Of a DNA stretch of 64,000 nucleotides, positions 38,155-49,481 are shown one piece after another. This DNA comes from Macrostomum lignano. Its lineage: Eukaryota. How positions within the stretch are numbered: the stretch's first letter is position 1; each line of letters begins with the position of its first letter. The stretch covers positions 1 to 64,000 of the forward strand of contig NIVC01001363.1 of assembly GCA_002269645.1 (NCBI GenBank). The letters run 5' to 3'. The position numbers were made by a program, and so were the translations under genes. The notes beneath the pieces are model-generated. The model was not told where the DNA came from and did no database searches. It saw nothing but the letters and a program-made list of their open reading frames with translations.

Positions 38155-40095
38155 TCAGTGCAGAAAGGCGCATCGGCGGCCGAACCTGCAGTGCCCCGAG
38201 CTGAAGGCCAGGCAAGGCACGGTGCGGTACAGTGGGTGTCGAACCACCGACCTCAGCTCGGATTTTCCGTGGGCGAACCGGCACTTCGGACCGTAAGGAC
38301 AGCTGCCGCTCTCCTGCGATGGCGATTTCGGTGGGCCATGAGTATGACCGGGCTGAGGCTATCTATGACCCATGCCTGGCCTATGATGCCCATGACCTAT
38401 AATATCATGACCTATGCCTGGCCTATGATGCCCATGACCTAATATCTATGACCTATACCTGGCCTATGATGCCCATGACCTATAATATCATGACCTATGC
38501 CTGGCCTATGATGCCCATGACCTAATATCTAAGATCTATACCTGGCCTATGATGCCCATGACCTATAATATCATGACCTATGCCTGGCCTATGATGCCCA
38601 TGACCTAATATCTAAGATCTATACCTGGCCTATGATGCCCATGACCTAAAATCTATGACCTATACCTGGCCTATGATGCCCATGACCTATAATATCATGA
38701 CCTATGCCTGGCCTATGATGCCCATGACCTAATATCTATGACCTATACCTGGCCTATGATGCCCATGACCTATAATATCATGACCTATGCCTGGCCTATG
38801 ATGCCCATGACCTAATATCTAAGATCTATACCTGGCCTATGATGCCCATGACCTAATATCTATGACCTATACCTGGCCTATGATGCCCATGACCTATATT
38901 TGGCATTTGATGCCCATGACCTATAATATCGTGACCTATACTACCAATTACTTATAATACTTATGACCTATACTTTCTATGACTACTAGCCTCTCCGACG
39001 ACCAATCTATATGACCATCACTGTATTCCAACCCATTTATATGACCATCAATCCATATGAGCATCAATCTCGATGAGCACCCACTTCTATGACCATAAAT
39101 CTCAATAACCAGAAGCCACTATGACGATCAATATCTATGTCCATCACACCATACGACCACGAATTTTTATGACAATCCTGTGACCATCAGCCTCCATGAC
39201 CATCAATCCATGACTACGAATCGTCATGACCCATCAGTCTGTGGCTCTCAGACCCTATGACCATTAAACCCTATGCTTTACCAATGCATTTCTATAAGCC
39301 AAGATGCAGTCTACTTCGCACTCACAGAGTAGTTCAGGCAGAGTTCTGTTTTGTACTTCTCAGTGTCCAAGTCTCTTCTCCTTGAGCCCTCCTGTTCCTC
39401 CAGCAGCAGGTCGCTGACCAGCCGATCGATGAGGCAGAAAGTGTCTTCGTCCGTGATGACACTGGCTTGCTCTGAAATATGAAATTTGGATGATGATTGT
39501 TTGGGATTATTGGCTGAGTTCTAATGTGTTGGGTATGTTGTAAACATGTGTTGTGACTCCAGACTTGATGTGTGCTGAATGTGTTCTGAATGTGTTCTGA
39601 ATGTGTGCTGAATGTGTACTGAATGTGTACTGAATGTGTGCTGAATGTGTACTGAATGTGTGCTGAATGTGTACTGAATGTGTGCTGAATGTGTACTGAA
39701 TGTGTGCTGAATGTGTACTGAATGTGTGCTGAATGTGTACTGCATGTGTTCTGAATGTGTGCTGAATGTGTGCTGAATGTGTGCTGAATGTGTTCTGAAT
39801 GTGTGCTGAATGTGTACTGAATGTGTACTGAATGTGTGCTGAATGTGTGCTGAATGTGTACTAAATGTGTGCTGAATGTGTGCTGAATGTGTGCTGAATG
39901 TGTGCTGAATGTGTTCTGAATGTGTGCTGAATGTGTTCTGAATGCGTACTGAATCTGTAAAAAATGGGTGCTAAATGTGCAATAAATTCGATGAGCTGTC
40001 AATCAAAAATCCAGGTGCAGCAGAATTTGCTTACCTTCGCTCAGTCGCAGCTCTCCATAGGCGGTCAATCCGGAACTGGAACTGCAGCTGCTCAT
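38155..40095 (-). CDS. TIS11/ZFP36-family tandem CCCH zinc-finger protein, left-arm copy; exons 40095-40035, 39471-39326, 38313-38155; 121 aa
   Basis: The spliced product ends [12 protein letters not shown]|[52 protein letters not shown]. It has the KYKTEL lead-in, CX8CX5CX3H, an 18-aa linker and CX7CX5CX3H. GT-AG sites have matching phases (1, 0). Confidence 0.95.
38350..38950. repeat. about 40-bp ATGACC-rich minisatellite in TIS11-like intron 2 (mirror at about 58070-58560)
   Basis: Unit TATACCTGGCCTATGATGCCCATGACCTAATATCTATGACC, decaying into a degenerate ATGACC tract up to about 39290. Confidence 0.92.
39570..39950. repeat. 10-bp minisatellite CTGAATGTGT in TIS11-like intron 1 (mirror at 56703-57390)
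   Basis: Tandem periodicity; about 38 units versus about 68. Confidence 0.95.
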
Positions 40096-40184
40096 GGCTG
40101 GCTATCAAAATTGCTGAGCTGTGGTGAAAAGTTGAGTAGTGAGTTCGGATGATTTTCAGTTTCAAGCCGCACAGATCCTCAGTC

Positions 40185-40230
40185 CGCTTTTATCGCCTTT
40201 GAAGGGAGGGGACGCCTCCTGAGCCAATGG
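40185..40230 (-). promoter_or_regulatory. putative core promoter of the left TIS11-like gene
   Basis: CCAAT at 40224 and GATAAAA (minus strand, 40194-40188) lie about 95-130 nt upstream of the ATG. Both are conserved in the right arm and in the spacer copy. Confidence 0.4.
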
Positions 40231-40354
40231 GAGAAGCATGGAGAACCTCCGGGCCCCTTGAACCCCTCCCTCACCTTAGCGAATGGGAATCGCCCAGTTT
40301 CGAGCAAGCTTTGGGGTGAATAAAACTTGTAAAGAAACTGGTGGCTGAGTGAAA

Positions 40355-41075
40355 ATCCGCCCCTCTGACACTCCTCAATCCGCCCCTCTGACACTCCTCA
40401 ATCCGCCTCTCTGACACTCCTCAATCCGCCCCTCTGACACTCCTCAATCCGCCCCTCTGACACTCCTCAATCCGCCCCTCTGACACTCCTCAATCCGCCC
40501 CTCCGACACTCCCTAATCCGCCCCTCTGACACTCCTCAATCCGCCACTCTGACACTCCTCAATCCGCCACTCCGACACTCCCCAATCCACCCCTCTGACA
40601 CTCCTCAATCCGCCCCTCTGACACTCCCCAATCCACCCCTCTGACACTCCTCAATCCGCCCCTCTGACACTCCCCAATCCACCCCTCTGACACTCCTCAA
40701 TCCGCCCCTCTGACACTCCTCAATCCGCCCCTCTGACACTCCTCAATCCGCCCCTCTGACACTCCTCAATCCGCCCCTCTGACACTCCTCAATCCGCCCC
40801 TCTGACACTCCCCAATCCGCCCCTCTGACACTCCTCAATCCGCCCCTCTGACACTCCTCAATCCGCCCCTCTGACACTCCTCAATCCGCCCCTCTGACAC
40901 TCCTCAATCCGCCCCTATGACACTCCCCAATCCGCCCCTCTGACACTCCTCAATCCGCCCCTCTGACACTCCTCAATCCGCCCCTATGACACTCCCCAAT
41001 CCGCCCCTCTGACACTCCTCAATCCGCCCCTCTGACACTCCTCAATCCGCCACTCCGACACTCCCCAATCCGCCC
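40355..41075. repeat. 23-bp minisatellite (minus-strand unit GAGGGGCGGATTG(A/G)GGAGTGTCA) between the divergent TIS11-like and nanos genes
   Basis: About 31 units here, about 23 at 55570-56100 and about 8 at 50842-51033. Confidence 0.95.
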
Positions 41076-41614
41076 CAGTTTGCGAATTCGAGTCCGGGAA
41101 AAAAAGGGCGGCTCGGGAAATCCCACCAGACTTTGAGACGCCGTGCAGGGAAGCAGCAGGCAAAGCGTGGGCGGCCAGCATTTCGTGCGGGGGACTCGCA
41201 CTGATCCTCCACAACCGCAACCTCAGCCAGGACTCAACCCCCGCAGATCCCCGCAGACTCCGGCTGCCTGTCTGCGGTCGGCCTCAGCTCCGACCTGCGA
41301 GCTCTCAAAGCCAATGGCGGAGCGCTGCGGCAAAACTCAAAGTGCTCAGTAGCGAGATGCGGGGCCATAAATCACAGGTGGGCAGCACAAACAGCAGCTC
41401 ACACCTCACACCAGCTGCCTGCGTGGAATCAAAGCCCGGGCTTGCAAGCTGTCTGTAGGGTGGTGCATGTACTTTTAAACTCACCGCTTACAGTTGATCA
41501 AACACTAAACTACTAAAGTTTAGTTGAGTTGGTTTTGCTGCACTTTGGTCTTTGTTGGAATTAGAAAACTAACAGCTGTGTGAATTAGCTTTTTGGGTTC
41601 ATGTCATTCAAATT

Positions 41615-41995
41615 GAGGTTCAGGTCATTCAGATTGAGGTTCAGGTCATTGAGATTAAGGCTCAGGTCATTCAGATTGAGTTTCAGGTCATTCAGATTGA
41701 GGCTCAGGTCATTCAGATTGAGGTTCAGGTCATTCAGATTGAGTTTCAGGTCATTCAGATTAAGTTTCAGGTCATTCAGATTGAGGCTCAGGTCATTCAG
41801 ATTGAGGCTCAGGTCATTCAGATTGAGTTTCAGGTCATTCAGATTAAGTTTCAGGTCATTCAGATTGAGGCTCAGGTCATTCAGATTGAGTTTCAGGTCA
41901 TTCAGATTGAGGTTCAGGTCATTCAGATTGAGGTTCAGGTCATTGAGATTGAGGTTCAGGTCATTGAGATTGAGGTTCAGGTCATTCAGATTGTG
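41615..41995. repeat. 21-bp minisatellite TCAGGTCATTCAGATTGAGG(T/C) (mirror at 54290-55050; pieces at 49925-50055 and 50455-50700)
   Basis: Tandem periodicity; source of the spurious LNLNLND and FRSFRLR ORFs. Confidence 0.94.
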
Positions 41996-42364
41996 GCTTA
42001 TAGGTATTGCTCGTAACCGTATTTTACAGAAGAAAATCAATTGGATTTAAACTGCGCAGGACCACCCATTGGGAAAGACAATGGGAATGACAGCTTTTGG
42101 CTCCGCTTCTGAATTCTTCACTCTGACTTCTCTCTCTCTCAGTCTCTCTCTCTTAGTCTCTCTCTCGCAACAACCACCCCACCATGCGCACTGAAGAGGG
42201 GACGCCAAGCGTACACACAAACAAGGGGGTGCAAGGCACACGACTAACCCTAACACCCTCTAATAGAATTGGGGAGGTCAGATCATGGAGTCCCGGTGTT
42301 AACCAAGCCAGCATGCTTTACTTTAAAATGTAAAGAAAATGAAAATCCCTTCTGACTCTCCTCT

Positions 42365-42735
42365 CCCTGGCCCTCTCGCTTTCCCTCTCCTCTCCGCCCC
42401 TCTCCGCCCCTCTCCACCCCTCTCCGCCGCTCTCCGCTCCTCTCCGCCCCTCTCCACCCCTCTCCGCCCCTCTCCGCTCCTCTCCGCCTCTCTCCGCTCC
42501 TCTCCGCCCTTCTCCGCTCCTCTCCGCCCCTCTCCGCTCCTCTCCGCCCCTCTCCGCTCCTCTCCGCCCCTCTCCGCCCTTCTCCGCCCCTCTCCTCTCC
42601 TCTCCGCCCCTCTCCGGCCCTCTCAGGCCCTCTCCGGCCCTCTATGCCTCTCTCCACCTCTCTCCGTCCCTCTCCGCCCCTCGCTGTCCCTCTCCGGCCC
42701 ACTCCGCCTCTCTCCGCCCCTCTCCGCCCCTCACC
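42365..42735. repeat. 11-bp CTCTCCGCCCC-type minisatellite (mirror at 53585-54150)
   Basis: Tandem periodicity; contains repeated CCGCCCC GC-boxes. Confidence 0.92.
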
Positions 42736-43471
42736 GCGCTTTAAACAACTCCAATCTCCTCTCCTCTCTCTCAATCTTCCTTTCGCTCCTCAGGCCGGCA
42801 TTGCAACTCCCAGATCGCTCGAGTCGCTCCAGCAGCCGCAGCCACCTGGGCTGGCCGAGAGGCGACCGCGAATTCCCGCTTGGAAACCGCTTGGCAACGG
42901 AGAGCCGTCTCCAGCTGCAGCCAGCCTGCGGCCTCTCAGCTCCGTCACCCCCTTCCCAATCCGAGTCTCGTTTGGTTGCTGGGGCCATGGGAGTTGGGAG
43001 ACGGCCTGGAGACGCGTCAGTCTGAGATGGCCAGTCGAGTCCACCTGTGTAAAGCTGAGTTCTCGGCATCTCAACATTTCAAGATGGAATTGTATAAATG
43101 TATGCTAAAAATCAGGATTCTTTTTAAGTTTCAAGCTGCATAAATACTGAACTCCTGCTCAAGAAACTCAATTGTCAGTTGTGAAGAAAATATTCAGCTT
43201 TAAAATGAGAGAAAGACTGTGAAAACTGTGAAAACTTTGAACTGGCCTCGACTGTCACTGCCATGCAGTATTCTGTCTCCACCCTCTGTCTCCACCCCCA
43301 GTGAAAGCGCGTCAGCCAATAGCAGGCCGCCTCACACCCACAGGTGAAGATGATTGTCCGCATGGAGTATATTAGAGTGAATAATTTCTCAGATCTCAGG
43401 CAGACTAATTCCAATTCTAGGCTAACTGAAATCCGCAACCTACAGCTTCACCCAGCTTCTCTGCCTCATCA

Positions 43472-44629
43472 ATGCAGCCGTCAAGGAATCGCAGCTTCAT
43501 TGGCCTGAGGTGAGTTCTGAAAGCAGGTTTGAGTACAGGTGTCAGATTTATGCATATAAACTGACAATTAATCGCATCACTTCCTATTTTCTTTGTGTAT
43601 TTTTTGCGTGTGTTGCGTAGTTTTACCACTTTTAAATATAAGCCCGGCCCCTTCTCTATCTCACTTCTCTCCTATCCTATCTCTCTCTCCTATCTCGCTC
43701 TTCCAATTTTACGACCGATTAAAACTGCCACTGTCCGCCTGTTGCTAAATTTAGCTCTCTGTTAGCCCATTCTTTGTTATTTGTCCCACTAGTAATGGGA
43801 CAACAGGGCATGCTTTTGAGACCTACTTAGCTCAGCAGTGTATAACCTCCCTGCCGTCCTGATCAAGCCTAAATATAAAACTTCCCTGCACTCTCATCAC
43901 AGCCCGCGGGTAGCTGGAGAGGAACCGCTTCCCATTGTGAAGCACATTCTGCAGCTGCAGAATCAGTACCTGCAGTACCTGCGGCAGCAGACTGACACCC
44001 AGCAGCAGCTCCAGGTCGAGACCCAGCAGCAGCACGAGCTCGAGACCCAGCAGCAACTCCAGCTCGAGACCCAGCAGCAGCTCAAGCTCGAGACCCAGCA
44101 GCAGCTCCAGCTCGAGACCCAGCAGCAGCTCCAGCTCGAGACCCAGCAGCAGCTCCAGCTCGAGACCCAGCAGCAGCTCCAGCTCGAGACCCAGCAGCAG
44201 CACCATTTCGAGACCCAGCAGCAACTCCAGCTCGAGACCCAGCAGCAGCTCAAGCTCGAGACCCAGCAGCAGCTCCAGCTCGAGACCCAGCAGCAGCTCC
44301 AGCTCGAGACCCAGCAGCAGCTCCAGCTCCAGTTCCAGCCCGCTGCCGCCCCGCTGCCCAACGCCGCCCTGCAGCGCGCGGTGCTCGCCAGGAACGCCAG
44401 CCGGCCGCGCCGCCCCGTCTTCTGCGTCTTCTGCCGCAAGAACGGCGAGCCGGAGGCCTTCAGCAGCGGCCACACCCTGAAGGACGGCAACGGCAGCGTC
44501 GCCTGCCCGGTGCTCAGCCGCTTCACCTGCCCGCTGTGCGGCGCCACCGGCGGCAGCGCCCACACCGTGAAATACTGCCCGCTGGGCACCGGCCACGGCT
44601 GCGGCCGCAGGAAACTGACAGGACAGTGA
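43472..44629 (+). CDS. nanos: Nanos-family (CCHC)2 zinc-finger protein, left-arm copy; exons 43472-43509 and 43903-44629; 254 aa with 14 (LQLETQQQ) repeats
   Basis: [53 protein letters not shown] is the Nanos domain. ATG at 43472 with a phase-2 AG|GTGAGT donor fits the phase of the CATCACAG|C acceptor (765 nt in total). An upstream acceptor at 43445 leaves room for a further 5' exon. Confidence 0.92.
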
Positions 44630-45357
44630 CAGCCCTGCACTCTCAGCACCTCTTAACACCTCACTCTTAACCTGCACTCTTAACACCTCAGCTCTGCATG
44701 CACTCTCAACTGTAATGCAAACCAACTATACGTAAAATTTGCAATGCTTAATTTTGTTTTCTGCAACCAACCTTTGCTTTAAAATTAAAATTAATAAATA
44801 ATAAAGGAAAAATAAATATAATAAGTAAGTCAATAAGAGCAATTATTGTATGTCTGCAATCGGTCAATTTGCCACAAACGCGATTGTATAGTTCGCCTCT
44901 TGTTTTGTCTGAAAGTAATTTTAGGACATGGGTTAATGAGTATACCGGTGTTCATCTTCCTGAGTTCGAATTCCGAAGTTCGAGTTCTTGATGGCAGACA
45001 GACTCATTCGTTAGACTCTAACGTATTGCGCTATTCGAGATATTCGGCTTTCAATTTAATCAAAGAATCTAAAAATAAAGGTACATATGCGCTTCAGAAA
45101 GCAGGAACTTCTATTAATAACCATTTGGGATATACACTCGAATTCTTTCAGTTGAACTGAAAACTGCAGTAGAGAGAAACACAAGAGCATCGGGAATCTG
45201 TGCGGTGATGGGGAATCTCGGGGAGGATCTGTCTGAATCATCGCCACCAACCGCTGATAGAAATCTCTGGCAACCACGAAATATTGAGCCGTAAACGTTT
45301 GCTGGGAATAGAAATATTGAAGCCCATTATAACTTGCTCTATACCAGATACTAGACT

Positions 45358-45789
45358 AACTAGATAGGCCACTCAGCACACTTGCGTGCAAGCTACTTTC
45401 AGTAGTAAGTTAAACTGAAGCATTTTAATGTAATTTTTAAAGACAGGCTCTTACCCCCTAAACTTAAACCCTCAAACTCCCCCTACCTCTACCCCCGCCC
45501 GCCGCCAAAATTTTATTACCTTCCTCGGTGGTTCCAGCCTAAATCTGCCTTGTACATTTCAGTGGACTGGCTAATGTACATTTCAGTGGACTGGCTAATG
45601 TAGATTATGGCTGAACCAATTAGCAAGCTGTTTTCTTCTGCAAGCTTGGGCTTCTAAATTTATCAAAGTCATTTAATCTGACTTTATTCTATAAAATAGC
45701 TTGTGTATTATTGTTTATTGGTATACTGAACTTAAAGTTGAAAGCTGTTTTACTAAGTATACATTATGCTTGAGTGGCCCAATCTAGTC
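45358..45789. mobile_element. MITE-like element, copy 2 (inverted relative to 28313-28755)
   Basis: Ends CTAGATAGGCCACTCAGCA ... TGCTTGAGTGGCCCAATCTAG. Internal blocks match copy 1 in reverse (for example TGTACATTTCAGTGGACTGGCTAATGTA). Confidence 0.6.
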
Positions 45790-46639
45790 ATTCTATAGCA
45801 TCTGTGCTCTATGACTAATCTCATTTCCCTTTCCCACAAAACCTGCACGCTTTTAAGTAACGAGAATGAAAAAAAAACTATAATTAGGATTTTGGTTTCA
45901 TGTAACAAGTTTACCATAAGCACTATTCACTCTGACACAACAGTACACTGACACAACAGCACACTGACACAACAACACACTGACACATACATAACTCGCA
46001 ACAGAAATATCCTCCAGTTCTGTCCTGTGCATTAACATGGCTAACTATTCTAGAGAAAAGAAATTTTTAGAAACTGCGGTTGCTAAGCTAAGCCTTTTCG
46101 AACCGATTTGAGGCTGGGGTGGCGGAGCTGAGAGGCCTCTGGCTAGCTGCAGCTGGGGAAAGCTCTCCGTTGCCAGGCGGTTTCCAATCGGCAACTTTGG
46201 TTGCCTCTCGGCCCAGGTGGCTGCGTGAATGCTGTGTTAGGCTCCTCAATTTCTATTGGTTAAAATTTGCTGACGCGCAGTCCCAGCTGTTCCCATTGGC
46301 TGAGAAAGCTTGCAATGACCGCCGAGCCCCCCCCCCGAGGCCTTCGATGGGACTATAAAATGTTTATATTATTCTAATCTAACCGAATTCAAGCAGCACA
46401 AAACTGAAACTCCGTATTTTACAATCGTTAGTAAAATAAATTTAATTTCGATTAAATAAAATAATCTGCGTAAGAGCCATCACCGGCTGAAGCGCTCAAT
46501 ACTTACTTAGCTCGTATCAAGAAGAAGAATCTAACCGAATTCAAGCCAACCTCGATTTTAACAGTTAACTGGAGCATTGTCAGCCAATATGGCAAGTTAT
46601 ATATCCTGACTGTCTTTAGGCTTCCTGACCCTGACATAC

Positions 46640-48050
46640 CTCTATAGATCCTGGCACACCTCTATAGATCCTGGCACACCTCTATAGATCCTGGCACACC
46701 TCTATAGATCCTGGCACACCTCTATAGATCCTGGCACACCTCTATAGATCCTGGCACACCTCTATAGATCCTGGCACACCTCTATAGATCCTGGCACACC
46801 TCTATAGATCCTGGCACACCTCTATAGATCCTGGCACACCTCTATAGATCCTGGCACACCTCTATAGATCCTGGCACACCTCTATAGATCCTGACACACC
46901 TCTATAGATCCTGACACCTATAGATCCTGACACCTCTATAGATCCTGACACCTCTATAGATCCTGACACCTCTATAGATCCTGACACCTCTATAGATCCT
47001 GACACCTCTATAGATCCTGACACACCTCTATAGATCCTGACACCTCTATAGATCCTGACACCTCTATAGATCCTGACACCTCTATAGATCCTGACACCTC
47101 TATAGATCCTGACACCTCTATAGATCCTGACACCTCTATAGATCCTGACACCTCTATAGATCCTGACACCTCTATAGATCCTGACACCTCTATAGATCCT
47201 GACACCTCTATAGATCCTGACACCTCTATAGATCCTGACACCTCTATAGATCCTGACACCTCTATAGATCCTGACACACCTCTATAGATCCTGACACCTC
47301 TATAGATCCTGACACCTCTATAGATCCTGACACCTCTATAGATCCTGACACCTCTATAGATCCTGACACCTCTATAGATCCTGACACCTCTATAGATCCT
47401 GACACCTCTATAGATCCTGACACCTCTATATATCCTGACACACCTCTATAGATCCTGACACCTCTATAGATCCTGACACCTCTATAGATCCTGACACCTC
47501 TATAGATCCTGACACCTCTATATATCCTGACACACCTCTATAGATCCTGACACCTCTATAGATCCTGACACCTCTATAGATCCTGACACCTCTATAGATC
47601 CTGACACCTCTATAGATCCTGACACCTCTATAGATCCTGACACCTCTATAGATCCTGACACCTCTATAGATCCTGACACCTCTATAGATTCTGACACACC
47701 TCTATAGATCCTGACACCTCTATAGATTCTGACACACCTCTATAGATCCTGGCACCTCTCTAGGCTATAGATCGTGACACACCTCTATAGATCCTGGCAC
47801 CTCTCTAGGCTATAGATCGTGACACACCTCTATAGATCGTGACACACCTCTATAGATCGTGACACACCTCTTTAGATCGTGACACACCTCTATAGATCGT
47901 GGCACACCTCTATAGATCGTGACACACCTCTTTAGATCGTGACACACCTCTATAGATCGTGACACACCTCTTTAGATCGTGACACACCTCTATAGATCGT
48001 GACACACCTCTATAGATCGTGACACACCTCTATAGATCGTGACACACCTT
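46640..48050. repeat. 18-20-bp minisatellite CACCTCTATAGATCCTG(A/GCA)
   Basis: Tandem array made of three successive variant blocks; probably intron 1 of the spacer TIS11-like gene. Confidence 0.96.
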
Positions 48051-48188
48051 TACAGATGCTAACGCAAAGAAATGGACGCCATTAGATACCCTGCTTGCTA
48101 TTTTCAAGCCTTAACAATCAATAAAGCAGTCTAGAATCATACCACCAATGCATTAATTTTGTAAACCACTCTCAACTTCAAATTTCAG

Positions 48189-48947
48189 TCCACCTCTCCA
48201 AGCACTCCATCAACCGGAGCAGGCAGCCCCTGTATAGGCTCAGCTTCCAGTGCCGCAGTTTCAGCCGGACTGAAATTTAAAACAGAGTTGTGCCGGAACT
48301 TCGAAGTGAGTCCTACACAGCTCTGCTGCTCTTGCTGCTTTATTTTCGTAAAACCGCCATCTGACACCCCACCCACAACCTGCCCCTATCGTCTCTGACA
48401 CCCCCACAATCTGCCCCTATCCTCTCTAACACCCCCAATCTGCCCCTAATCCTCTCTGATAGGGTCCCTTGACAAGTCCCCATCCGCCCCCCGACAAGTC
48501 CCCATCCGCCCCTGACAAGTCCCCATCCGCCCCTGACAAGTCCCCATCCGCCCCTGACAAGTCCCCATCCGCCCCTGACAAGTCACCATCCGCCCCTGAC
48601 AAGTCACCATCCGCCCCTGACAAGTCACCATCCGCCCCTGACAAGTCACCATCCGCCCCTGACAAGTCACCAGCCGCCCCTGACAAGTCACCATCCGCCC
48701 CTGACAAGTCACCATCCGCCCCTGACAAGTCACCATCCGCCCCTGACAAGTCACCATCTGCATCCACCCCGCACTCCCGCAGCTCAGCGGCAGCTGCCCT
48801 TTCGCCAACCGGTGCCAATTCGCCCACGGCCCCGAGGAGCTGCGAGGCCGGCCCGACCGGCACTGGCTGTACAAAACGGAGCCCTGCCGCGCTTTCCATG
48901 GCGAAGGACTCTGCCGGTACGGCGGCCGCTGTCATTTTCTACACTGA
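48189..48947 (+). CDS. third, divergent TIS11/ZFP36-family tandem CCCH gene; exons 48189-48305 and 48783-48947; start exon unresolved
   Basis: ...LKFKTELCRNFE|LSGSCPFANRCQFAHGPEELRGRPDRHWLYKTEPCRAFHGEGLCRYGGRCHFLH* has two CX8CX5CX3H fingers. TTTCAG acceptor, GTGAGT donor and CGCAG acceptor; the intron falls at the same codon position as in the arm copies. Confidence 0.92.
48470..48760. repeat. 21-bp minisatellite GCCCCTGACAAGTCACCATCC in the intron of the spacer TIS11-like gene
   Basis: Tandem periodicity; source of the spurious APDKSPS ORF. Confidence 0.94.
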
Positions 48948-49481
48948 TTGACTTATGTGCATAGTGTATGTATGTATGTTTGTATTTATGTGTATATACG
49001 TCCATATGCTTAAAAATACAGATTTTACAGACTTATTTAATCAAAAGTCTGTACTCATGTTTCTCTATACTCGTGCTTTGAAATCTGTGACAATGAATTC
49101 ACAGATGGGTGGACTTTTTTATAAACCTTTCTGTAAAGTCTCCGTCTCATTCTCCGCTCCTCTCTGATCCCCTTCGCCCGCTCCGCCACTCTCCGCCAAT
49201 CTCCGCCCCTCTCTGCCCCTCTCCGTTCCTCTCCACCCCTCTCCGCCCCTCTCAGCCACTCTCCGCCCCTCTCCGCCCCTCTCCGCCCCTCTCAGCCACT
49301 CTCCGCCCCTCTCCGCTCCTCTCCGCTACTCTCCGCCCCTCTCCGCCCTCCCCGTCCTCTTTGCTTCTCTCCAGAAAAAATCAGAAGGGTGGGGACGGGA
49401 GAGGAGAGTCGGAGAGAGTGACAGGCTGGGAGAGAGTGACAGGCCGGGAGAGAGCGACTTTTTTTATTGTTTTAGACAATT

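Larger units (their letters stand above)
34547..45007 (+). repeat. left arm of a large inverted duplication
   Basis: Unique islands match the reverse complement of 52298-62863 in the same order. Outer ends TTTTTAATGTGACAG (34547) and CTGTCACATTAAAAA (62863); inner ends at TCTTGATGGCAGAC(A/G)GACTCA. Confidence 0.96.

Noticed and set aside
41585-42050. LNLNLND / FRSFRLR periodic ORFs (also 54216-55062) resembling leucine-rich or antifreeze repeats
   Set aside because: Open on both strands purely because of the 21-bp unit; no splice or start context; length varies freely between arms.
43838-43902. GTG start of the 263-aa nanos ORF given in the track
   Set aside because: This segment is intronic: homology with the 34046 relic starts at the CACAG acceptor, and a phase-compatible ATG exon exists at 43472-43509.
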